Virus record (IMG/VR): IMGVR_UViG_3300018004_000004
Location: 1 to 64,000 of that record
Length of the DNA stretch: 64,000 bases
Strand: one strand, 5' to 3'
Under the pieces are notes generated by a model. The model was not told where the DNA came from, made no database searches, and saw only the letters and a list, made by a program, of their open reading frames with translations. Shown in pieces: positions 47,782-58,611 of this stretch. The stretch's first letter is position 1; every line of letters starts with the position of its first letter. Made by a program: the position numbers and the translations under genes.

Positions 47782-49683
47782 ATGGGTCCAACCCCTGTTG
47801 TTGATGTAAGCCGTCTGTATTCAGATTTTGTGTACAAATCTCGTTATTCAAGGTGGCTTTATGACCTCGAGCGAAGGGAAAACTGGAGTGAAACTGTCGA
47901 CAGGTATATTAAGTTCTTCGCAGTACGTATTCCGAAGCGGTTTCGTAAAGAGGTTTCGGAGGAACTGCGGGATGCGATCTTCAACTTCGAAGTCATGCCC
48001 TCCATGCGGGCGATAATGACCGCTGGAGAGGCACTCGAGAAGGATAACTGCGCAGGTTACAACTGTAGTTACATTGCTGTGAACAATCAGAGAGCCTTCG
48101 ATGAGGCCATGTACATCTCGATGTGTGGCACGGGCGTTGGCTTCTCAGTAGAGAGGCAGTATGTCAACGAACTCCCCACTATCGCAGAAACCTTCTATCC
48201 TTCAGCAGTTACTCTTAAGGTCAAGGATAGCAAGATTGGCTGGGCGACATCGTTTAAAGAGCTCATTGCGTTACTATATACTGGAATGGTCCCCAAGTGG
48301 GACCTTAGTGAGCTTCGTCCGGCGGGCGCCCCGCTCAAAACCTTCGGTGGAAGATCCTCTGGGCCGGCTCCTTTGGACGAACTCTTTAAGTTCACTGTCG
48401 AAACATTTAAACGAGCAGCTGGACGCAAGCTTACCTCGATCGAATGTCACGACATCATGTGTAAGGTGGGGGACATCGTCGTCGTTGGAGGTGTCCGCCG
48501 GAGTGCTATGATCTCATTGTCCAATCTATCGGATGATCGTATGCGCGCGGCCAAGACTGGTGAGTGGTACAACAGTAACCCTCATCGGCGCCTGGCTAAC
48601 AACTCCGCTGTCTATACCGAGCGCCCCGAAATGGGAATCTTCATGAAGGAGTGGCTATCACTGTATGACTCCAAAAGTGGTGAGCGAGGAATATTTAATA
48701 GACAGGCTGCAGTACTTAAAGCAAAAGCGTCTGGTAGACGAAAGACAGAGAAGATTGAGTTTGGTACGAATCCCTGTGGAGAAATCATCCTGCGTGATAT
48801 GGGCTTTTGCAACCTTACTGAAGTTGTCATCCGTCCTGACGACACGCCGAGGTCTCTACGGAAGAAGGTACGTCTCGCTACGATACTCGGAACCCTACAG
48901 TCCACGCTGACTAACTTCCGATATCTGCGGGCAGGGTGGAAAAAGAATGCCGAAGAAGAAAGGCTCCTGGGTGTATCGCTTACCGGTATCATGGACAACC
49001 CGCTTACGGCTAATCCTCATGAGGCGTTTCTACGTTCGCTCAAGAAAGTGGCACTTGAAACGAATGCCGAATGGGCCAAGCGGCTTGGGATCAACCAGGC
49101 TGCGGCTGTCACTTGTGTTAAGCCGTCCGGAACGGTCTCGCAGCTGGTTAACTCGAGCTCTGGGATACATCCGCGGTACGACACGTACTTCATACGCGCG
49201 GTCAGGCAAGATAAGCGAGATCCTATCTCCGCTCTTCTGAGAGACTCCAAGGTCCCCAATGAAAGTGATATTACGCAAACCAACGACGTGGATGTTTTCT
49301 ACTTTCCACTTAAGAGTCCGGCGCATTCTGTCACGCGCCTGGAACTCACCGCAATACAGCAGCTTGAAATATACCTCAAGTATCGTCAATGGTGGTGTGA
49401 ACATAATCCATCATGCACGGTCTACGTGAAGGAATCTGAATGGCTGTCTGTGGGTGCTTGGGTCTACGAGCACTTCAATGAGATCGGTGGGATTTCATTC
49501 CTGCCTTATAGCGATCACATCTATAAGCAGGCACCATATACGCCCATCACTAAGGAAGACTACGACAAAGCGGTCGCTGCCTTCCCGAACATCGACTGGT
49601 TGCTTCTCACTAAGTATGAGAAGGACGACCGCACACTAGGCGCTCAAGAGCTTGCATGCACTGCAGGTTATTGTGAAGTATAG
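47782..49683 (+). CDS. nrdJ: Class II (B12-dependent) ribonucleotide reductase
   Basis: PSMRA, YNC, GGVRRSA, TNPCGEI, CNL, VKPSGT, C-terminal CTAGYC; no nrdB in window. Confidence 0.9.
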   Translation: MGPTPVVDVSRLYSDFVYKSRYSRWLYDLERRENWSETVDRYIKFFAVRIPKRFRKEVSEELRDAIFNFEVMPSMRAIMTAGEALEKDNCAGYNCSYIAVNNQRAFDEAMYISMCGTGVGFSVERQYVNELPTIAETFYPSAVTLKVKDSKIGWATSFKELIALLYTGMVPKWDLSELRPAGAPLKTFGGRSSGPAPLDELFKFTVETFKRAAGRKLTSIECHDIMCKVGDIVVVGGVRRSAMISLSNLSDDRMRAAKTGEWYNSNPHRRLANNSAVYTERPEMGIFMKEWLSLYDSKSGERGIFNRQAAVLKAKASGRRKTEKIEFGTNPCGEIILRDMGFCNLTEVVIRPDDTPRSLRKKVRLATILGTLQSTLTNFRYLRAGWKKNAEEERLLGVSLTGIMDNPLTANPHEAFLRSLKKVALETNAEWAKRLGINQAAAVTCVKPSGTVSQLVNSSSGIHPRYDTYFIRAVRQDKRDPISALLRDSKVPNESDITQTNDVDVFYFPLKSPAHSVTRLELTAIQQLEIYLKYRQWWCEHNPSCTVYVKESEWLSVGAWVYEHFNEIGGISFLPYSDHIYKQAPYTPITKEDYDKAVAAFPNIDWLLLTKYEKDDRTLGAQELACTAGYCEV

Positions 49684-49715
49684 CCTTATTTTATGCGGTT
49701 GAGCGGTCGCTAATG

Positions 49716-49730
49716 TGTTATACTAATCAG
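49716..49730 (+). promoter_or_regulatory. Candidate extended -10 promoter TGTTATACTAATCAG
   Basis: Intergenic, just upstream of primase-helicase; near-identical copies at 61267 and 62917. Confidence 0.55.
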
Positions 49731-49740
49731 AAGGAAACCC

Positions 49741-52395
49741 ATGACAAACAGTATCCTAAGCAAGTATAACGTAGCCAAGGATCAGCTACGCGAGTATCTT
49801 GTTCAGTACCTTGAATCACAGGGCCGCCACATCAAGAGCGGCAAACTGTTCACCTGTTTGAACCCTGAGCATTCAGATGATGATCCCTCCTGCGGTATCG
49901 TTCCTGATTCGCAGGGTCGTTACTTTCATTGCTTCGGCTGCGGTTGCACCGGGGATATCTTTACCGCGGCCTACTTCCTAGAACAGCGGGCGCTATCCGG
50001 CGCCGGCTTCATCCATGACAACCTGAAGTATCTCGCTGACACGTTTGGGGTTGAGGTGCCTATTGAGGAACCAAATCCCGAAGAGCAGTATGAGATGGAT
50101 ACGTATCGCGCTTACCGCGACGCTGCGCAGATCCTTCTCTTCTCGAAGTTTAGCGATCGCGTAGAAGCGAAGCTTGCTGACTACGGCTGGTCGAAAGAGA
50201 CGCGCATGGCACTTGGCGTCGGCTCGGTGGAATCGTATGACAAGTTCATTGAGCGTATGAAGAAACAGCACGGCTGGACAGACGCCTTCATGAAGGAAGT
50301 CGATCTGCACCGTAGGAGTATGTTCAATGAAAACAATCTCGTCTTTACTGTTAAGGATGAGAATGCCAACCCAGTTGGTTTTGCATGTCGCAACCTGTTA
50401 TACGAAGAAGAAGCCAAACAGTACGAATCTGCTAAGGCCAATGTACTGGCTACGACTGCGGAGGATAGCGACGAGCGTAAGCTGGGACTATTGGAACTCA
50501 AACGGCCAGCGAAGTACATAAACTCAATGGAGTATGCTGGTGAAGAAACAGCCATTCGGAATCGAATATACCAGAAGTCGAAAAGACTATTCGGCCTGCA
50601 CAGGGCCCGGAAGTATACTCCTCCGCTGTACGTCTTTGAGGGGTATTCCGATTGCGTCACAGCTGTCAACGCAGGACTACAGAACAGCTGTTCGATTGGG
50701 TCGACGTCGTTCACGCGAGACCATCTCGAACTTATTCTCGGCCTTGGTATCAAGCACATTGTCTTTGTGCTCGACGCTGACGACGCAGGAGAAGCTGGCA
50801 CTGATCGGTTTGTCAAGCTTTTGGAGGAGTCTGTTGGAGGAAACATTGGCCTCCGCGTTGAAATCGTAGCGATGCCGGAAGGCACAGATGATCCCGATAA
50901 CTATATTAGAAAGATGGGCGGTCTCAAAGCTTTTCGTACCTTGGAAAAGGTCGATATTTTTGGCTGGTCATTACATAAAGCCGTCAAGATGGGTGAGGAT
51001 CCGACGTCTCTCGCTGAGAGAATGGTCCCCCTTATCGTCAATGATCAATCAAACTTTGTCCGGCTCCGTAAAGCAGAGCAGCTAGCTAAAGCTACTGGCA
51101 TTGCCCAGGATGTAGTCTGGCGCGAGGTTACAAGGCTAGTTGACAGTGAGGTAGCTCAGGTTAATGAGGAGACTACCCTGCTGGCACAGCAGGCAGCTAA
51201 GCAGCTCCAACTAAAGCCGTTAGAAGCTCTGACGGTATTGTCTACCACTATGGAGAAGATCGAGAAGGCTCAACAGCGTAGGGCTGGTTATAGTGTATCA
51301 GCTACGATGCGCTATCTCGATGAGATCAAGACCATCCAGGAAAGTGACGCTAATATGGTTGAGCTTTCCGTTGGTAATGATTGGCCTCTCTTCAACAAGT
51401 GGATCGGTGGCATTCCGCGGTCGGAGTGCTTTGTTACCATCCCGGGCAAGATGAACCAGGGCAAGTCTTCATTTCTTGCTAACCTGGCGTGGCGCCTGAT
51501 TGATAACAATCCGAACGAATGCATGGTTCTCTACCATACGGTAGATGATTCCCTGCCTATCTTCCTGCCTCGGCTGTGGGGATCCAAGTTCGAGCAGGTT
51601 AGCTACTGTGATGCCAAGCTCAATGACGACGGACATAAGTCCGGCTGGTATTCGAATGACTTCAAGAAGGCTGGCTATGCGTTAGATCGCTGGCCGGAGT
51701 TCCAGGAAGTCTACCAGCAAGCCATGGCTTGGACCCAGGAGAAGATCGAGCGTGAGCTATTCATCCCAGAGGACGTTTCGACACTGGCTGCTTCGCTGCC
51801 GGCTCTGGAGAACCGCATTAAGGCACTACGTCAGAAGTTTCCCGAGCGAAAGCTCGTTGTCATCGGAGACAACTTTCATCTTTATGATTTTCCAGGCTTT
51901 CAGGACGGAGAGGCTAAGACACGCCACATGTCGTCTTTTGTTAAGGGTCTTGCGAACAAGTACCACGCGACCATTATCATGACCATGGAGCTGCCTAAGA
52001 CGTCTCTTCAGCCGGGCGTTCGTCCGCGCGTGCGGAACATCAAAGGTACCGGTGGTATCTCATACGATTCATCCCTAAACATCGGTGTTTACAACGACAT
52101 CAAGGACTTTGGGGATGATGCTACGCTGGTGGATCCGGATCAAGATCACAAGGATCCTATCACCAACGCTCCACCTTATCGTAAGCCTGTCTTGGAACTG
52201 GTATTCGATAAGTCGAAGATCAACTCCTTTGACGGCACGATCTATTACAGATTTGAGCCCCGATCAGGGCGAATGGATGAGTGTAGTCTGGACGACCAGG
52301 CTAAATATCATAAGCTCGCCAATGAATACAAGGCTACCGCCAAGAATACTGACCCTACAATAAGTAGCCAAGCGGCTCACAAAGAACCGTTCTAA
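49741..52395 (+). CDS. DnaG-type primase fused to DnaB-like helicase
   Basis: CHC2 zinc finger (C..PEH.D..PS, FHCFGC), KYINS, Toprim FEGY.D, LDADDAG, DPD; helicase GKMNQGKSS, VIGDNFH. Confidence 0.9.
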   Translation: MTNSILSKYNVAKDQLREYLVQYLESQGRHIKSGKLFTCLNPEHSDDDPSCGIVPDSQGRYFHCFGCGCTGDIFTAAYFLEQRALSGAGFIHDNLKYLADTFGVEVPIEEPNPEEQYEMDTYRAYRDAAQILLFSKFSDRVEAKLADYGWSKETRMALGVGSVESYDKFIERMKKQHGWTDAFMKEVDLHRRSMFNENNLVFTVKDENANPVGFACRNLLYEEEAKQYESAKANVLATTAEDSDERKLGLLELKRPAKYINSMEYAGEETAIRNRIYQKSKRLFGLHRARKYTPPLYVFEGYSDCVTAVNAGLQNSCSIGSTSFTRDHLELILGLGIKHIVFVLDADDAGEAGTDRFVKLLEESVGGNIGLRVEIVAMPEGTDDPDNYIRKMGGLKAFRTLEKVDIFGWSLHKAVKMGEDPTSLAERMVPLIVNDQSNFVRLRKAEQLAKATGIAQDVVWREVTRLVDSEVAQVNEETTLLAQQAAKQLQLKPLEALTVLSTTMEKIEKAQQRRAGYSVSATMRYLDEIKTIQESDANMVELSVGNDWPLFNKWIGGIPRSECFVTIPGKMNQGKSSFLANLAWRLIDNNPNECMVLYHTVDDSLPIFLPRLWGSKFEQVSYCDAKLNDDGHKSGWYSNDFKKAGYALDRWPEFQEVYQQAMAWTQEKIERELFIPEDVSTLAASLPALENRIKALRQKFPERKLVVIGDNFHLYDFPGFQDGEAKTRHMSSFVKGLANKYHATIIMTMELPKTSLQPGVRPRVRNIKGTGGISYDSSLNIGVYNDIKDFGDDATLVDPDQDHKDPITNAPPYRKPVLELVFDKSKINSFDGTIYYRFEPRSGRMDECSLDDQAKYHKLANEYKATAKNTDPTISSQAAHKEPF

Positions 52396-52663
52396 TGGTA
52401 TAATGAGGTAGGTGGCAATATGACCGGCGACGAAATGGAAATCATTCACCCCGAAACGGGGAAGAACAAAGGGTTTGTGGACTCTGAAAACAAAGTCCAC
52501 GAAGCGCACGAATGTGAGTTTCACGGCGACCATTCAAAAGGTCTGGACGTGGACGACAAGTGCGTAATATGTGGAAAGACTCTGGGCGATTTTATCGCTG
52601 AGGACTTCGATCCCACGAGGGTCCATATCCCCATAATCATCGATCCCGAGGAGGACGATAATC

Positions 52664-53125
52664 ATGAGCAACAGTCCAAGTAACGCTGCTGCGCGAATAC
52701 AAGCCCAGCAACGAGCGATGGCAGGCAAAGATGTTGTCTGCGAACGTTGTGGTGGATCTCACTTCTATGAAGTGCAGGTTACCAAGTATCTAGCTGGAGG
52801 GTCCGGTTCTGTTGAAATCCTGGCAGATCCAAATGAACAAGTGTTCCCTCTTTTGATCTGCCCGTGTGGTTTCCCGACGCTTCCCAAGCCGGCAGTTGGT
52901 CGCCGTGCTGGTGGCATCTACGAGACTTCACACAAGCTGATGCGTGACTCCGTCACGAAGGCTCAGGCCTATCTGAATAGTCAGACCACGAACGCTGTCA
53001 AGGGTGAAGTGCTCGAGTCTGCTGCTGGCAAGTTCGTCGAGACCCGCGTCGAGGACGTCACGAAGCGCGTGGATAAGATCGAAAGCGATCTTTACAGCAA
53101 GGCCAATGCAAAAACAGGAAGTTAA
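52664..53125 (+). CDS. Zinc-ribbon hypothetical protein
   Basis: CERCGG...ICPCG. Confidence 0.7.
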   Translation: MSNSPSNAAARIQAQQRAMAGKDVVCERCGGSHFYEVQVTKYLAGGSGSVEILADPNEQVFPLLICPCGFPTLPKPAVGRRAGGIYETSHKLMRDSVTKAQAYLNSQTTNAVKGEVLESAAGKFVETRVEDVTKRVDKIESDLYSKANAKTGS

Positions 53126-53584
53126 TCTCAACCCACTCCTGGCCGGTCGGAAGATCGACCAGGAGTTTCTGTCTCAACTCGAGGTGACGGATGAGCGTCA
53201 ATATCCTATGCCCGGCGCGATCTGCAAGAACCCGGGAGATCTTCGTATCAATCTGGCTTCCACGGTTGCGAAACCGAGTAATGAACTCGTGCTTGCAGAG
53301 CATCTCGCAACTATCCGTCACAAAGCATCCGGCCGTGTATTCATCGTTTACCGGGACACAGTCGATGCCCTTTTCCTTGAGAGTCAAGACATAAAGAAAT
53401 ATCCTAAGTGGTTGATGGACGACCCGCGCAAGCAAAATGAGAGGTCGATTCGCATCAATGAGATGTTAAGGGCTCCCGCAGACAAGTATGATCGTGCTTG
53501 GCTTGGCGGGGACCTCGATGACAAAACATACGATACCTTAGCTTACTTCTTGTACCAACTTAGAACAAGCTAAGAGGAGGCTAC

Positions 53585-54868
53585 ATGTCGAAAGGCATGA
53601 ATAAGGACGAAGCTATCTTCAACCTAAAGCAGAACTGGGATGAAATGCATCCCAAGACTAAGAAGGACCTGGTATATTCCCTACTGGGCCATCGAATGAA
53701 GTTCACGGAGATCGCAGAAAAGGTCGGCCGTTCGGTTGAAGAAGTGAAGGAAGCGTGGAAGGGAATCATAGTCGAGGTTGCTCCTCCGGAACCTCAGACT
53801 AACTCCGTCCTCCCAGAGGATTGTGGCAGTTCACATACCTATCAAGGCATGGTGGCGCCAACCTGTTGTGGTGGATCTGGTTGTAAGAAGTGCTGGGATA
53901 TCTTCAGCACGGTGAACAACATGGATACAAGTGTTGTGAGCCCTAAAGTGGTTGAAGTATCTCCCATGAAGACGATGTACGCCAAGAACTTTGATGAGAT
54001 CCTGGCGGAGTATCGTGATTGGGTAGGCTGGCATAGCTGGCCGGCCGGCACTGAAACAGGTAAGGGCCCTGGGAATCCTGATTACCTAGAAGGTTTGATC
54101 GTTAGCGACATCCATGCTCCATTCCACGATGAAGCTCGCTTCGATAAGATGATCGCTGACACCGCTGGCAAGGTAGATATCTGCATCCTCGCTGGTGACG
54201 GCCCTGATTATCATAACTACAGCAAGTACATGAAGTATGGGCAGCACTTCTCTGTTCGAGAAGAGCACAAGGCCTTCTTGCTGATTCTCAAGAAGCTTTC
54301 TGCAGCTTATCCCGAAGTCATTATGATGCCCGGGAACCATGATGAGCGCACTCGAAAGAAGTTCGCTCAGCTATTGCCCGCGGATCTCTATCAGAGTCTA
54401 TTGGACTTCCATGGACCTGATGCTTTTGACTTCGCCGAGCTGCAAACCAAGCAGTTTGAGAACATAGTCATTCCTGAAGTGCCTACGGATGGCTTCGCCG
54501 AGTATCGATTCGTCTATCAGTGTGGCGATATCGTCATCGGTCATCCAGAACTCTACTCGCGCATTCCCAACAAGAGTGTCGGTGGGTTCATTGATTGGGT
54601 CTACAAGAAAGCTATCCCAGTAGGCCTGGTTCATCTTCCCGTCTCTGCGGCCGTAATGGGTCATACCCACATGGCTGGCAAGACCTGGAACGATTATCAG
54701 GTTATTGGCATTGAGAATGGCTGTATGTGTCTGACTCCAGACTATGACGCTGGTCCCAAGCTTGCCGGGGCGCCACGTCCTTTGACCCGCGGTTACACCT
54801 TGTTCCGTACGAACAAGAAGACGGGTCTCACCGCAACGAATGACATCAACTTCGTTGAGGTTGCATAA
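53585..54868 (+). CDS. Calcineurin-like metallophosphoesterase with N-terminal HTH and Cys cluster
   Basis: SDIHAP, AGD, GNHD, GHTH; FTEIAEKVGRS. Confidence 0.85.
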   Translation: MSKGMNKDEAIFNLKQNWDEMHPKTKKDLVYSLLGHRMKFTEIAEKVGRSVEEVKEAWKGIIVEVAPPEPQTNSVLPEDCGSSHTYQGMVAPTCCGGSGCKKCWDIFSTVNNMDTSVVSPKVVEVSPMKTMYAKNFDEILAEYRDWVGWHSWPAGTETGKGPGNPDYLEGLIVSDIHAPFHDEARFDKMIADTAGKVDICILAGDGPDYHNYSKYMKYGQHFSVREEHKAFLLILKKLSAAYPEVIMMPGNHDERTRKKFAQLLPADLYQSLLDFHGPDAFDFAELQTKQFENIVIPEVPTDGFAEYRFVYQCGDIVIGHPELYSRIPNKSVGGFIDWVYKKAIPVGLVHLPVSAAVMGHTHMAGKTWNDYQVIGIENGCMCLTPDYDAGPKLAGAPRPLTRGYTLFRTNKKTGLTATNDINFVEVA

Positions 54869-54877
54869 CTTGTAAGC

Positions 54878-54922
54878 CGGGAGAGGGTAGACTTCCTATA
54901 TCGGAGCTCTGCCCTCCTTCCC
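54878..54922 (+). other. Long intergenic hairpin followed by TGGTATACT (54939)
   Basis: GGGAGAGGGTAGA...TCTGCCCTCCTTCCC. Confidence 0.5.
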
Positions 54923-54970
54923 AATAGTCTCTCTTCTGTGGTATACTAGGTATAAGAATGTGAGGGGCTT

Positions 54971-55786
54971 ATGTCTTTAGTTAGGCCAAAGATGTCAGAA
55001 TGGTTGGAATGGGATCTTATTGAACAGAGTCCTCTCAATCTAACATATTGGTGGATGGCATTCAGCTGTTTTGATTGTATTCATCAAGGTAAGCGGGTAA
55101 TGTTTCTGCTCCCGCGGCTGTCGCTGGTTGACTACATAAATAAAGAGATAGCCAGGCCGAAAGGTCAAAAGAAACTGCACTGTAATAAAGTGCCTGGTCT
55201 TCGTAATGGTAAGACTTACGTACGAGCATGGGGATACAGTATTAATCCCTTTGATATCGATGGACGTATTGTAGTACCATTCACTGAGGACATGGAGGAT
55301 TGCTACCAGAAGTGTAAGGCGATGCTCGGTAACGATCCTATGGATGAAACCTGGCTGGGAGACACTGGAGAGAAGGTAGCTCGTGTTTACTTCTCTAAGA
55401 ACCTAAAGCTTCAAGTCTCCAAGAAAGACCCTACTCTTGATCAAGAGTATAAAGGACATGATTTTTATGTTGAGGATTCAAAGTGGGGTATCATCCAGGC
55501 CAAGTGCCGCGCGGAAGATCAATCTTATGTGCTTTCAGTAAACGGTGGTCCCACTAAGTTACCTTCAAAGGTAGCTACTGTTGTTGATTCGCAAGGCGAC
55601 ATGATACCAATGATCTTCTTGCAAATGTACGAACGAAATAAAGAAGGGATCAGTTCCAAAGGAAAGAAACATGACGGAAAAAAGAATCATAATGCCGGGG
55701 GATCCGGAGTGGAACACACAGTTGTCACCGGATCAGGAATACTCGACCCAGTCGCAGCAGATTATGCCGTCGCAAAAGCTGCCTGA
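54971..55786 (+). CDS. Hypothetical protein with putative C-terminal PD-(D/E)xK nuclease motif
   Basis: GDTGEKVA...KGHDFYV...IIQAK. Confidence 0.5.
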   Translation: MSLVRPKMSEWLEWDLIEQSPLNLTYWWMAFSCFDCIHQGKRVMFLLPRLSLVDYINKEIARPKGQKKLHCNKVPGLRNGKTYVRAWGYSINPFDIDGRIVVPFTEDMEDCYQKCKAMLGNDPMDETWLGDTGEKVARVYFSKNLKLQVSKKDPTLDQEYKGHDFYVEDSKWGIIQAKCRAEDQSYVLSVNGGPTKLPSKVATVVDSQGDMIPMIFLQMYERNKEGISSKGKKHDGKKNHNAGGSGVEHTVVTGSGILDPVAADYAVAKAA

Positions 55787-56297
55787 TGAAGTCTTAGAGG
55801 CGGCATTCCAAGAGGCTGTGCAAGAAGTAAAAGAAAAGCTTGAAGTAGCACAAGAAGCACCGCCGGAAGCCCCTACGCCAGGGCCCCCGACGGCCAGTTA
55901 TCGGTTCCACCGGCCGGCAAGGCAGAAATCCTTTTCGATTCCTGTGCCGAAGGCCATAGACGCTACTCTATTGGAGGACTTGCCGCGGAGATGGGAACGC
56001 CAGTGCTACGTGGGCGATGTGGAATACGTATCGGTAGAAGGTAGTGAGTTCAAGATGCGTGTTCGTCGCCCAGGATTTAAGAAGGGTGAGCATATCACCC
56101 TGGATTCAATGACGTTTTACCCTGGGATAGGAGCGCTGTATGGATTCGCCGAAGGAAAGCGTGGATCGTTTGCTGTCCGTCCGGACCAGGTTAGCTTTCA
56201 GATGCCTGAGAACCCTCCAGTGGCGCCGGAAGTGGCGAGCGTACAAGAAAAAGAGGTGAGCGATGCAACCGTGGATGGACAAGACCCTCAAGTATAA
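55671..56297 (+). CDS. Hypothetical protein
   Basis: AAAGGA SD; 208 aa. Confidence 0.7.
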   Translation: MTEKRIIMPGDPEWNTQLSPDQEYSTQSQQIMPSQKLPDEVLEAAFQEAVQEVKEKLEVAQEAPPEAPTPGPPTASYRFHRPARQKSFSIPVPKAIDATLLEDLPRRWERQCYVGDVEYVSVEGSEFKMRVRRPGFKKGEHITLDSMTFYPGIGALYGFAEGKRGSFAVRPDQVSFQMPENPPVAPEVASVQEKEVSDATVDGQDPQV

Positions 56298-56967
56298 CCA
56301 ACATGGCCGGCCAATAACTGATAACCCGAAGGACAAGCTCTACGTCGTTAGTTCTGACGTGGATGGTGTTCTATGCAACTGGGTGACCGGGTTCTTGGGA
56401 GTCTTCAACGAACTGAATGGCACTCAGCTGACTGAAGATCAGTGGGTGAATGATGAGCCCTGGAAGGCTGACAATCCAATCATGACGAAGGAGCAGTTCG
56501 AGACTGCCTTCGATGCTATGCTTAAGATCCCGGAGTTCTATTTGAACCTCGAGCCTTATCATAACGTAGACTTCGTCGCTATTAACAACGATTTGGACGA
56601 TGCATTGTACAACATGTACGCTGTCACCGTCCGTGTTAATCTCCTAGCCAAGGAGGGTATTCAGGATACCACTCAGCTCCTTTCGCGTTGGATTCGCAAC
56701 CAAGGAGTGCCCCTGATTACCGGCTGCAACGCCGGCGGAGACGACCGTCCTGCCCTCCTTGAGCAGCTGGGAGTGGATTACCACTTGGATGATTTCCACA
56801 AGCAAGTGAAGGAGATCAACAAGCACGGCAAGACCAAGGCCTATCTTATGGACCGGCCGTGGAATAGGCAGTACACGGAACTCGATGATGTGCGCTGCAC
56901 ATCGTTCGATGATTTCCTGATGAAGACCATATTCGCAGATAGAGAGGTAGAAGCACGGAGTGAGTAA
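56263..56967 (+). CDS. HAD-family 5'(3')-deoxyribonucleotidase-like protein
   Basis: DVDGVL, VTVR, HLDD, LMDRPWN. Confidence 0.82.
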   Translation: MQPWMDKTLKYNQHGRPITDNPKDKLYVVSSDVDGVLCNWVTGFLGVFNELNGTQLTEDQWVNDEPWKADNPIMTKEQFETAFDAMLKIPEFYLNLEPYHNVDFVAINNDLDDALYNMYAVTVRVNLLAKEGIQDTTQLLSRWIRNQGVPLITGCNAGGDDRPALLEQLGVDYHLDDFHKQVKEINKHGKTKAYLMDRPWNRQYTELDDVRCTSFDDFLMKTIFADREVEARSE

Positions 56968-57269
56968 TGCTACCAGCTCAGCTGATAGTGGACGTGTTTA
57001 GTTGTTTGGCTGACCTCCTGATTGTGGTATTCTTTATCATAGAGCTGCGGGATAGCTTCGCGCACGCTCGAGAAGAAAGGATTCGACATAAGGAAGCCAA
57101 GGAACAGTCGAAGAAGATGATTGAAGTGCTGGAAGCGCTTCATAAAGTCTTGGCCGCTAAGGCCGAGCAAGAAATAGAAGTACTAGAAGATGTGCATGCT
57201 GAGCTGAGTGAGATCAATGATCAGCAACAGGAAATGCTCAGCGAAGAACCAGACGCAACCCCCGCCTAA
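56967..57269 (+). CDS. Membrane-anchored coiled-coil protein
   Basis: N-terminal hydrophobic helix followed by heptad-rich segment. Confidence 0.6.
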   Translation: MLPAQLIVDVFSCLADLLIVVFFIIELRDSFAHAREERIRHKEAKEQSKKMIEVLEALHKVLAAKAEQEIEVLEDVHAELSEINDQQQEMLSEEPDATPA

Positions 57270-57506
57270 AAGGAGGTCCTCGTGGCCGACAAACCAAAGA
57301 AACTACAAACCTATTGCATCCAGGCCAAACTGAACTTGATGGTCTCAATCGAGGTCTCGGCTCACGACCTGGATGAAGCTCTCGCTATGTCGAAGGAGAA
57401 AGAAGTATCCGACTTCGTCGACATTCACGGCGACTACATTGATGGCAACATGCGCGTCACTGGTGTTTACATAGCAGATTGGGATTTGGGGAAATAAGGA
57501 GGAACC

Positions 57507-57773
57507 GTGGCCCTAACACGAGAACAGGTTTTCAAGATCATCGATACCGAGCGGCAATATCAAGACAACTTGTGGCCGCCACACGATGGTCACAAGAACT
57601 CAGAGCATTGTCTAGCTCTGGCTCAGTGCTATGTGCGCAAGGCTGAAGATGCGTGGCTCAATGCCCGCGACGAAGTCTCCACATGGCAGCAACTGGCTAA
57701 GCTCGCCGCTATTATCACGCGCGCTCTGGAAGTTGGCAACGAAACCGAGGCGCTCCTAAACGGATTGCGCTAA
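57507..57773 (+). CDS. Small all-alpha protein, possibly MazG-like; similar to 39153-39440
   Basis: IDTERQYQDNLW...LAKLAAIITRALE. Confidence 0.5.
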   Translation: MALTREQVFKIIDTERQYQDNLWPPHDGHKNSEHCLALAQCYVRKAEDAWLNARDEVSTWQQLAKLAAIITRALEVGNETEALLNGLR

Positions 57774-57974
57774 GAACATGGAAAGAAAGACGTTCGAAAA
57801 GAAAGATGGAACTCCTGTGCTGATGCAGGATCTGAAGCTCGGTGACATCTTTCACTGCATAGACCCAACGGAAGATCAGACCTGGGTCATGGCAACTGGA
57901 ACTCCTTATGTCGTCATGCAGGATGCTGTTGGTGACGTCTGGGGTATTCCGGTCGAGAAAGCACCGGAGTAATC

Positions 57975-58610
57975 ATGGCTTACCTTACTTACACAGGTCA
58001 GAAAGTCACCCCAGAAGGTGGCGTTCCGATCCTGGAAGACATTGCCTGGCAGCTCCTGCACGTTTGCCGATATGCAGGAGCATGCCGCGTCAACTACACT
58101 GTCGGAATCCACTCTATGTTGGTGGCCGACTTTGTAGCACACACTCACCCTGAGCTCGAGTTCCCTGCGCTAATGCATGATGGGACCGAGTCTTGTGTGG
58201 GTGACATACCTAAACCCTTTAAATCCCAGGAGATGCGGCAGATAGAAGACATTCTGGGAGATAGGATTTGGGAGCAGTTCGGATTGCCACAGCTTGATGA
58301 AGCAGCTCATGTCATCATCAAGCGTGCAGATATTCGAGCACTCTGTGCAGAAGCCGCCTTAATAGGCCCTCCGGGGCTCGTAGAGGACGGAACGAAGAAC
58401 GGCTGGTATGAACATAGGCCGGAAGACGTAGAGAAGCTCAAAGGCTATCTCTCCAAGTATGGAGTTCATGCTTGGGGGATTCAAGAAGGAGACCTCGCCC
58501 AGTGGGATTTCACTGCCCGCGCGCGAGCCTGCCTCGAGTATAATAAGACCCATGCGGTATCTAAGAAAGGGGAGTATCATCCCAAAGTTGTCTACACTAA
58601 AGTCGCCTAA
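57975..58610 (+). CDS. HD-domain 5'-deoxynucleotidase (YfbR-like)
   Basis: LEDIA..L...CRYAG, YTVGIHS, LMHD..E...GDIPKPFK, IKRAD. Confidence 0.88.
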   Translation: MAYLTYTGQKVTPEGGVPILEDIAWQLLHVCRYAGACRVNYTVGIHSMLVADFVAHTHPELEFPALMHDGTESCVGDIPKPFKSQEMRQIEDILGDRIWEQFGLPQLDEAAHVIIKRADIRALCAEAALIGPPGLVEDGTKNGWYEHRPEDVEKLKGYLSKYGVHAWGIQEGDLAQWDFTARARACLEYNKTHAVSKKGEYHPKVVYTKVA

Positions 58611-58611
58611 T

